Assembly (NCBI RefSeq): GCF_004376175.1
Contig: NZ_SNUY01000033.1
Location: 12,214-44,213 of the forward strand
DNA: 32,000 nucleotides
DNA from: Halalkalibacterium halodurans
GTDB taxonomy: Bacteria > Bacillota > Bacilli > Bacillales > Bacillaceae_D
Direction: 5' to 3'
Position numbers and translations under genes: made by a program. The notes beneath the pieces were generated by a model, which was not told the origin of the DNA, did no database searches, and worked only from the letters and a program-made list of their open reading frames with translations. Positions 25,833 to 32,000 of the stretch are shown piece by piece (positions within the stretch are counted from its first letter, which is position 1; each line of letters starts with the position of its first letter).

Positions 25833-26233
25833 GAGCCTGCCACCTCTCGTTTCCGTCTCGTAGCAATCTTACTAGCAAGCAAATAGCCTAAGAGCGCGAA
25901 TCCGATTCCGCCAAATAAGGACGCAGCCACATATATAAGAAAACTGAACGGATGGTGACTGTATAACAACACCGAGTCAGCCGCCAGCGTTGACATCGTT
26001 GTAAATCCTCCGCACAAGCCGACACCCAGTCCTTTCTTCAGCCATTCTTTAGGAACAATGACGAGAAACCAAGAAGTTAAAAAGCCAAGCAAAAAGCTGC
26101 CTACTATATTTTCAATGAGTGTTCCATACGGATAGCCAGTTGTTAACATCCACGTGTTGAGGAGAAAGCGAAAGTTCGTACCGATCGCTCCACCGATGCC
26201 GATGGCGACAATTTCCTTTACAGTCTGTCGCAT
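25829..26233 (-). CDS. crcB: Fluoride channel CrcB/Fluc (subunit 1 of a pair)
   Basis: 134 aa counted from the ATG at 26233 (GGGAGGAG 9 nt upstream). It has GGAIGTNFRF and GGFTTMSTL signatures. The 49-codon extension in the ORF track lacks an SD. Confidence 0.85.
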   Translation of the reverse strand: MRQTVKEIVAIGIGGAIGTNFRFLLNTWMLTTGYPYGTLIENIVGSFLLGFLTSWFLVIVPKEWLKKGLGVGLCGGFTTMSTLAADSVLLYSHHPFSFLIYVAASLFGGIGFALLGYLLASKIATRRKREVAGS

Positions 26234-26270
26234 GCTGAAAAACTCCTCCCAAAAGCAAACCTCTTCCTCC

Positions 26271-26299
26271 ATTAAAAACGTTTTTCGTTCAGTATTCAA
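26271..26299 (-). promoter_or_regulatory. Candidate sigma-A promoter for the crcB pair (TTGAAT-17-TTTAAT)
   Basis: Minus-strand hexamers at plus 26294-26299 and 26271-26276 with an exact 17-nt spacer, about 40 nt upstream of the ATG. Confidence 0.4.
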
Positions 26300-26451
26300 C
26301 TGTGATGAAAAAAAGAATCCCGACCATGCTGATACACAAACTAAAATGCCGTCAATACAATGAACTACCGACTGACACATCTTTTAGAACAAAAGGTGAT
26401 TGCGTCTAATGCCTTGAGTAGATGTCTGAGTCTAAAGTAAACGAAAACCAA

Positions 26452-26482
26452 TAAAAAACCCTACGGCTATGAAGAACCGTAG
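26452..26482 (-). terminator. Candidate terminator after the YusW-like lipoprotein gene
   Basis: 6-bp stem CTACGG / CCGTAG, 10-nt loop, then GGTTTTTTATT on the minus strand. Confidence 0.5.
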
Positions 26483-26498
26483 AGTGTCTCATTCTTTT

Positions 26499-26987
26499 TT
26501 ACACTTGATCCCGGTCAATTTCTAAGCGATCTTGTCCGGCAAAGGCAACTTCCATGTCAAATTCGACGACATTTTCTCGATCGAGATTGAAATAATCAAG
26601 GACTGCATCAATTACTTGATCTTCTTCCATATCTGGCGTGAGCTCTAGCGTATTGATCAATTCATCAATTCGCTCTCTAGCCTCTTCTCCTCTAAATGAT
26701 TCTCCGGCTGCCACGTATTTGGCTTCCGTCTCATCCCATTCTTCCTCAAATTCGATGTCTACGACTTCATCATCTTCAAGCTCAATTTCTAAATCAAGCT
26801 TGGTGACCTCCCCTTCATCGCCTACTTCCCCTTCTTGTTCGGTCTCATCTACGGGGGTCTCATCCATCATCTCTTCGTCCTCTACAGGTGCTCCCGGCTG
26901 GTCTGCCTGTGGCCCACACGCAATGATCATGACACTTAATAACATCATTGAGAGGAATAAACCTAGTCGCTTGGACAACATTTTCAT
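26499..26987 (-). CDS. YusW-like lipoprotein, extremely acidic
   Basis: Signal peptide with lipobox IIAC. The segment VIDAVLDYFNLD...EFDMEVAF aligns by eye with B. subtilis YusW (VLAAFNLD). By my count 52 of 138 mature residues are D/E. The start could be the second ATG at 26981. Confidence 0.75.
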   Translation of the reverse strand: MKMLSKRLGLFLSMMLLSVMIIACGPQADQPGAPVEDEEMMDETPVDETEQEGEVGDEGEVTKLDLEIELEDDEVVDIEFEEEWDETEAKYVAAGESFRGEEARERIDELINTLELTPDMEEDQVIDAVLDYFNLDRENVVEFDMEVAFAGQDRLEIDRDQV

Positions 26988-27117
26988 TAACCTCCTTTAT
27001 GTATGTTCAATAAAAGCATGCCCCAGTCATCCACAAATTATGAACACGAATAAAGGCAAGTAGAGGGGGAACGGTATGGACAAAGGATGATAACAAAGAA
27101 AAAGGAGGCGCTTCCTC

Positions 27118-27564
27118 ATGAAGTGGATGCTCAAATCTTTCGTCTTACTTTTAGGCTTCTCTTGTTTTTTCATTTCAATGAACCAATCGATTAGCTATGC
27201 AACTCCTAGCATCATTGATTTCGAACTTGAAATGGTTTTAAAGGATTACTCAACATATGACATTGAATACGAAATGAGTGAAAATGTACTAGACGCCACC
27301 TATAACGTCCCAAACGAACCGACCATAAAGGGGCAAGAAGCAGTTGAAAAAGTCCAATCGTTTATCGGAACATTGCAATTGCTGCCGAGCACGAGTAACA
27401 TGCAAGCTGTTCAAAACGTTCTAACTCAGCTTCAGTTATCAAAGGACGATATTCACTTCTTTAAGTTAGAAGCTACATTTGACGGTGGAGCTACGCTTAA
27501 TATCCACTGGGCAGGAAAGAACTGCTGTTGCAATGACTGTCAGCACAACAATGGACGCGATTAA
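27118..27564 (+). CDS. YusW-like secreted protein with a Cys-rich C-terminal tail
   Basis: Signal peptide, then the same repeat logic as the divergent neighbour (FELEMVL..YDIEYE...GQEAVEKV...FKLEATFDGGATLNI). The tail is NCCCNDCQHNNGRD. SD AAAGGAGG 9 nt upstream. Confidence 0.65.
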   Translation: MKWMLKSFVLLLGFSCFFISMNQSISYATPSIIDFELEMVLKDYSTYDIEYEMSENVLDATYNVPNEPTIKGQEAVEKVQSFIGTLQLLPSTSNMQAVQNVLTQLQLSKDDIHFFKLEATFDGGATLNIHWAGKNCCCNDCQHNNGRD

Positions 27565-27620
27565 AAAAACCTATAAACACGAAATGATTACCATTAAATG
27601 ATAAAATTATAGGTATTTTT
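27564..27620 (+). terminator. Possible terminator with a long loop
   Basis: ACCTATAA / TTATAGGT 8-bp stem around a 30-nt loop, followed by ATTTTTAT. The large loop lowers confidence. Confidence 0.3.
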
Positions 27621-27643
27621 ATGCGTCATTTACATTCCCTTAA

Positions 27644-27684
27644 CAATTCATTGTTATGATCAAGCTTGACAGTACAATGAATTG
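27644..27684 (+). promoter_or_regulatory. Perfect 11-bp inverted repeat bracketing a TGtTATGAT extended -10, upstream of the MCP gene
   Basis: CAATTCATTGT (27644-27654) and ACAATGAATTG (27674-27684) with a 19-nt spacer. TG-T-TATGAT lies at 27652-27660. The MCP SD GGGGG follows immediately. Confidence 0.5.
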
Positions 27685-27695
27685 GGGGTCTCAGC

Positions 27696-29426
27696 TTGAA
27701 ACAAACGTTATCAAACAAACATAAAGGAAGTAGATGGGCAACAACAATTTTGGAAAAACTAAACTTGCGCCTCCGTCTCCTTCTTCTTTTTATCTCCGTT
27801 ATGACTTTTTCAATTAGCATTGTCGGTCTTAGTTCATATTTCCAAGCGAGGGATGTGACGATGAAGACAATCGAAGACCGACTCGTTCGTGAAACAGAGT
27901 TAATGGAGTACCTTTCCGAAAATTTGCACTTTCTTTATGTTAGCGATCCAGAATACTTTATGCAGCAGCTCACGAGCAACGTCCGTTCACAACAGGCAAC
28001 TCTTTTTGATGATGGGATCGCGTCAGATTATTTTTCCATCGTTCATGGTGAAATCAATCCTTTTATTGAACCGAACCATCTAACAGCACCATGGCCCGAA
28101 TCCCTTGTGGAGCAAATCATTGACATGGGCCGTGGCCAAATTCATACAACGATTGCTGGTGATTCCTACACAATCTCGTTTCAAGAAATGGAGGCCATCG
28201 ATGGAATTTATCTTTTAGCCGTTCCTACCGATACATATATGCACGAGATTAATCAAATGGCTTTGTATTCTCTCGTAATCGCAGTTGTTAGTTGTCTAAT
28301 GGCTAGTCTGCTAATTCTGTTATTTGTTCGCTCCATTACAAAGCCATTGATGGCCTTACGCACATTAATGAAACGCGCTCAACTTGGTGAACAGAAACAG
28401 ACCATTCCTGACACAACGATTCCTGAGCTTATCTCTCTTTATGAAAGTTACCATGCTCTAATGTCACAAATGACCCGAATGTTACAGGAGTTAAAGACAA
28501 CAAGTCACGAACTTGAACGAACAGGCGCTAGACTGGAGGCTTCGTCAGAAGAGGCATTAGCATCTAACAGCCAAGTCGTACGAGCGATTCAGCTCGTGCA
28601 ACAAGGAGCTGAGCAAACTGCAAGCCGTTCTGAACAAAATGCAGACAGATTTCACATTTTGAGTGATCAGCTCATGGACATGGTGAACAAAACGGACCAT
28701 CTTTTTCAAAAAGCAGCAGCAATGAATGTCTCTGCTAAAGGAGGCGAAGCGAATATGCAGCAGCTGATTGAAACGATCCATACGTGCAAAGAAGATTTTC
28801 ACCAACTGACAAAAACGATGAATCATGTAAGCGATCATGCCCTTTCGATTTCGGATCTCGTACAATTAATTCAAAGAATATCAGAACAGACGAAGCTCTT
28901 GGCGCTGAATGCATCTATAGAGGCGGCGCGAGCTGGAGATACGGGCAAAGGTTTTGCTGTTGTTGCCACAGAGGTTCGGAAGCTAGCAGAACAATCCTCC
29001 CAAGCAACAGACCAAATCACTCACTCGATTGCTTCGCTAGAAACGGTCACAACGCAAGCCTCGGAAGAATTTAAACACGTGCTTGAAAAAATGATGACAC
29101 ACCTGACAATTGCTTTTGATTCTAAAAACGCCTTTGATAAGTTAATGACCGATATTTCCGAGGTAGGTTGGAGTCTAACAAGCACTCAGGAAGATCTACA
29201 CTCCATTGAACGGATCATTCCTGAGCTCGAAGAAACATTTCAACAGTTCATGACCGTCTCACAAGAGACGTTAGCAAGCACAGAGGAAATGATACATACA
29301 AGCAGCATACAAAGTGAGCAAGTAGCCAGTACGCACGCGATTGGCTTAGAGCTTTCAACACTAGCAAGCGCTCTTTCAACTAGGACAGAGCACTTTTCTC
29401 TACATGCAAAAAACACGTCGGCTTGA
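27696..29426 (+). CDS. Methyl-accepting chemotaxis protein (2 TM, about 165-aa extracellular single-Cache-sized sensor, HAMP, MA domain)
   Basis: 576 aa. The highly conserved hairpin tip reads [40 protein letters not shown] segments lie near residues 25-45 and 195-215. TTG start. Confidence 0.9.
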   Translation: MKQTLSNKHKGSRWATTILEKLNLRLRLLLLFISVMTFSISIVGLSSYFQARDVTMKTIEDRLVRETELMEYLSENLHFLYVSDPEYFMQQLTSNVRSQQATLFDDGIASDYFSIVHGEINPFIEPNHLTAPWPESLVEQIIDMGRGQIHTTIAGDSYTISFQEMEAIDGIYLLAVPTDTYMHEINQMALYSLVIAVVSCLMASLLILLFVRSITKPLMALRTLMKRAQLGEQKQTIPDTTIPELISLYESYHALMSQMTRMLQELKTTSHELERTGARLEASSEEALASNSQVVRAIQLVQQGAEQTASRSEQNADRFHILSDQLMDMVNKTDHLFQKAAAMNVSAKGGEANMQQLIETIHTCKEDFHQLTKTMNHVSDHALSISDLVQLIQRISEQTKLLALNASIEAARAGDTGKGFAVVATEVRKLAEQSSQATDQITHSIASLETVTTQASEEFKHVLEKMMTHLTIAFDSKNAFDKLMTDISEVGWSLTSTQEDLHSIERIIPELEETFQQFMTVSQETLASTEEMIHTSSIQSEQVASTHAIGLELSTLASALSTRTEHFSLHAKNTSA

Positions 29427-29440
29427 CGTGTTTTGCTTTT
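29410..29440. terminator. Bidirectional rho-independent terminator between the MCP gene and phoU
   Basis: 10-bp stem AAAACACGTC / GACGTGTTTT with a 5-nt loop. It overlaps the MCP stop codon. T-runs on both strands. Confidence 0.85.
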
Positions 29441-29445
29441 AGTCT

Positions 29446-30096
29446 CTAATTTAAATCAAAGTGTTTCCCATTCACCTCATAGACGACCCACTCTGATACG
29501 TTCGTCGCATAGTCGGCAATACGCTCAAGATAACGGCCAACGAAAGCCATTTGTGTCACCTGATCAATCTCGATACTTTCTCTCGGCAGAGCGAACAGCT
29601 CACGAATAAACTGACCATACATCGTATCCACTTTATCATCTAATAGCGCCAATTTTTGCGCCATAAGCACATCAGATTTCTCATAAGCAACTAGGGCTTG
29701 TTGAATCATGCTTTGAGCAATCTGAAACATGTCAATTAATTGCTGTTTATAGTCGGGTAGACTGTCTGATTTAAGCCGACTCGATTGCTTGGCAATATCG
29801 ACGACGAGGTCTGCAACTCGTTCAAGATCACCGGAAATTTTCAATGCGACAATCAATTTTCGTAAATCGGTCGCCACAGGCTGTTGTTTGGAAATAAGCA
29901 AGGTGACCTGATCGTGTAGGTCAAGTTCAAGCTGATTGATTCGCACATCCCCTTCAATAATGCTGTCCATCCGCTCAAGATCGAAGGTTTGAAAGGCAAC
30001 CATCATCTCTTCGATAACAGTTTCCACTTGATGGCCCATCATTAAGATTCCTTGCTTTAAATAATCCAATTGGGAATGAAATTTACGCATTGACAC
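29446..30096 (-). CDS. phoU: Phosphate signalling complex protein PhoU
   Basis: 216 aa with the two-repeat PhoU layout (DLERVADLVVDIAK and YLERIADYATNVSEW). GTG start at 30096; an ATG at 30090 is possible. Confidence 0.9.
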   Translation of the reverse strand: MSMRKFHSQLDYLKQGILMMGHQVETVIEEMMVAFQTFDLERMDSIIEGDVRINQLELDLHDQVTLLISKQQPVATDLRKLIVALKISGDLERVADLVVDIAKQSSRLKSDSLPDYKQQLIDMFQIAQSMIQQALVAYEKSDVLMAQKLALLDDKVDTMYGQFIRELFALPRESIEIDQVTQMAFVGRYLERIADYATNVSEWVVYEVNGKHFDLN

Positions 30097-30110
30097 GCTT
30101 TATCGCTTCC

Positions 30111-30947
30111 TTACCCGAAACGTCCGGTAATATAGTCTTCCGTTCTCTTATCAGAAGGATTGGAGAAAATAATATCCGTACTATCATACTCGACCACTTC
30201 TCCGTTTAAAAAGAATGCTGTTTTGTCTGAAATTCGAGCCGCCTGCTGCATATTGTGGGTCACAATAATGATCGAATACTCTTTTTTCAATTCTTGAATC
30301 AATTCTTCGATTTTTAACGTAGATTTCGGATCAAGGGCTGATGTCGGCTCATCCATTAAAATCACGTCTGGTTCGATCGCTAAACAGCGGGCGATGCAAA
30401 GGCGTTGCTGCTGACCACCAGAGAGACCGTAGGCATTTTCATGAAGACGGTCCTTTACTTCATCCCAAATCGCAGCCCCGCGCAAGCTCCGTTCGACAAT
30501 CTCACTCAAAATTTTCTTGTTGCGGATGCCGTGAATTCTTGGTCCATAGGCTACATTATCAAAAATGGATTTTGGAAATGGATTGGGCTTCTGAAACACC
30601 ATCCCTACACGAGTGCGCAACTCCTCCACTTGAAAGGATTTATCAAGAATGTTACGGCCACGATACGAAATGTTCCCAGAAATTCGCACGCTAGGAACGA
30701 GCTCAACCATACGATTTAACGTTTTAAGATACGTTGATTTTCCGCATCCTGAAGGACCAATAATCGCGGTCACTTCTTTTTCATAGATCGAAAGGTTGAT
30801 ATTTTTTAATGCATGATCCTTTCCGTACCATAGGTTCAAATCCCGCGTTTCATATGCAACGGTAGGTTCCCCTTGTATAACATGCTTTTGACGAGGTTGT
30901 GGTACAACAACCTCCACATTCTTCTTTTCCTTCACTGTTAATGCCAT
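30111..30947 (-). CDS. pstB: Phosphate ABC transporter ATP-binding protein
   Basis: Walker [10 protein letters not shown], signature LSGGQQQR, Walker B ILMDEP, and the PstB-type C-terminus [10 protein letters not shown]. Confidence 0.95.
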   Translation of the reverse strand: MALTVKEKKNVEVVVPQPRQKHVIQGEPTVAYETRDLNLWYGKDHALKNINLSIYEKEVTAIIGPSGCGKSTYLKTLNRMVELVPSVRISGNISYRGRNILDKSFQVEELRTRVGMVFQKPNPFPKSIFDNVAYGPRIHGIRNKKILSEIVERSLRGAAIWDEVKDRLHENAYGLSGGQQQRLCIARCLAIEPDVILMDEPTSALDPKSTLKIEELIQELKKEYSIIIVTHNMQQAARISDKTAFFLNGEVVEYDSTDIIFSNPSDKRTEDYITGRFG

Positions 30948-30966
30948 AATCGGTTCCCCCTAAACC

Positions 30967-31851
30967 TTAATATCGTTTTTGAAACTTGTTACGAATGATG
31001 ATTGCCGTGGAATTGAGCAAGAACAAGACAAGAAGCAAGATGATGATGGTTGCCGCTGCCAGGTTGGCATATTCAGCCACTAATGCTGAGTCGATCGTCC
31101 AATAGTAAATTTGCACAGGCAAAATCGTAAAACGGTCCATCAAACCGCCCGGAAACGGAATAAGCAAAGCTGGGATGCCTAGAACAATTAACGGAGCTGT
31201 TTCTCCAATCGCACGTGAAAGCGATAGAATAGCCCCTGTTAAAATCCCTGGTAATGCTGCTGGTAGAATAATATTTTTAATCGTTTGCCACTTCGTTGCC
31301 CCTAAGCCGAAAGATGCTTCACTCAAATGGGACGGTATCGCCCGAATCGCTTCCTGACTCGCCACGACCACAATCGGTAAAACGAGTAAGGACATCGTCA
31401 ATCCACCGGCGAGCACGACACTTCCTAAATCCATTGTGCGGACAAACACCGTAAGGCCTAATATCCCAAAAACAATGGAAGGTACCCCCGCCAAATTGGA
31501 AATGTTCGTTTCAATCAAAGATTGCAGTCGTCCTTTTTTTGCATAACACTCGAGATAAATTGCTGTCCCAACGCCTAAAAACATCGTAACTGGGGTAACA
31601 ACCAGCATGAGCCATAACGTCCCTAACAACGCCCCCATAATCCCAGCTTTTTCAGGGTCTGATGAATGCCGTCCTGTGAGAAAGTCAAGATTGATCCAAC
31701 TAGCGCCATCAGCAAGAACACGAGCAATCAACACAGCGAGCACAACCAAACCAAAGATCGTCGCAAGAAAAAATAGTCCTTTAGCCATTTGGTTGATCAG
31801 TACCCGACTGCTCATCTTTTTTTGAACGACGTTTGCATCAACATATTTCAT
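30967..31851 (-). CDS. pstA: Phosphate ABC transporter permease PstA
   Basis: 294 aa, 6 TM segments. It has the EAS.GLGATKWQTI loop and RAIGETAPL. SD GGGAGGAG upstream. Confidence 0.9.
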   Translation of the reverse strand: MKYVDANVVQKKMSSRVLINQMAKGLFFLATIFGLVVLAVLIARVLADGASWINLDFLTGRHSSDPEKAGIMGALLGTLWLMLVVTPVTMFLGVGTAIYLECYAKKGRLQSLIETNISNLAGVPSIVFGILGLTVFVRTMDLGSVVLAGGLTMSLLVLPIVVVASQEAIRAIPSHLSEASFGLGATKWQTIKNIILPAALPGILTGAILSLSRAIGETAPLIVLGIPALLIPFPGGLMDRFTILPVQIYYWTIDSALVAEYANLAAATIIILLLVLFLLNSTAIIIRNKFQKRY

Positions 31852-31955
31852 CTTAATACTCCTCCCTAAATCTGCGTATTGTCAAAACTTTATATAAAAA
31901 TAGGTTATTAAATCCTATATTAGAGGGCTTTATAAGCAAAAAAATTGCCACCCCC

Positions 31956-32000
31956 TTAAATTCTGTAGATAATTGAGGTTACCACAACACCCAATTCCAG
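31956..32000 (-). CDS. 3' end of an upstream minus-strand gene (…LELGVVVTSIIYRI), possibly pstC
   Basis: Open frame from the window edge to the TAA at 31956-31958. The tail is hydrophobic. Only 14 codons are visible, and the pstC guess rests on operon logic alone. Confidence 0.25.
   Translation of the reverse strand: MELGVVVTSIIYRI

Noticed and set aside
26234-26380. A 49-codon N-terminal extension of the first crcB gene in the ORF track (MCQSVVHC...).
   Set aside because: There is no SD before the ATG at 26380. The extension would add a non-CrcB-like segment, whereas the ATG at 26233 has GGGAGGAG at 9 nt and gives a typical 134-aa CrcB.
31934-31955. GGGGGTGGCAATTTTTTT as a terminator upstream of pstA.
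   Set aside because: No complementary 5' arm is present within the window, so no hairpin can be drawn.
1-32000. Mobile elements, CRISPR arrays, tRNA/rRNA genes, long direct or tandem repeats, and prophage or integrase genes.
   Set aside because: I looked across the window on both strands and recognised none. The only repeats found are the short regulatory-scale ones listed above.

Overview
This looks like an ordinary chromosomal segment of a Bacillaceae-type Firmicute. The evidence is GGAGG-type Shine-Dalgarno sites, frequent TTG/GTG starts, and B. subtilis-type genes (yisL, rocF, khtTU, YusW-like and IDEAL-domain proteins). One exported protein is extremely acidic, which hints at an alkaliphilic or halotolerant host; that is inference only. 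I count 32 complete CDS (23 minus, 9 plus) plus two gene fragments at the window edges. I saw no rRNA, tRNA, CRISPR array, transposase, integrase or phage genes, and no compositional break by eye.

Left to right:
- TetR regulator plus acyl-CoA carboxyltransferase operon
- Small unknown proteins and a FhuF-like 2Fe-2S protein
- khtT-khtU K+/H+ antiporter
- A same-strand run of HAD hydrolase, PAS-SGDEF-EAL protein, cheA, cheW, cheY
- phnDCEE phosphonate ABC transporter, then an SH3 protein
- GNAT, AddB-like, AddA-like helicase-nuclease genes with overlapping stops and starts
- yisL and arginase rocF
- Paired crcB fluoride channels
- Two divergent YusW-like exported proteins
- One methyl-accepting chemotaxis protein
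- pstA-pstB-phoU

I did not find a clear-cut new multi-gene system such as a defence island or mobile element. The observations most worth a second look are:
- The stand-alone cheAWY module joined to a c-di-GMP turnover gene
- The compact AddAB pair with a lost AddB P-loop and a coupled GNAT gene
- The arginase leader, which carries tandem ARG-box-like sites, a cre-like site and a 24-codon ORF with four AGA/AGG Arg codons
- A perfect 11-bp inverted repeat bracketing the MCP promoter

All family calls come from reading the translated ORFs against remembered motifs. No database search was run.
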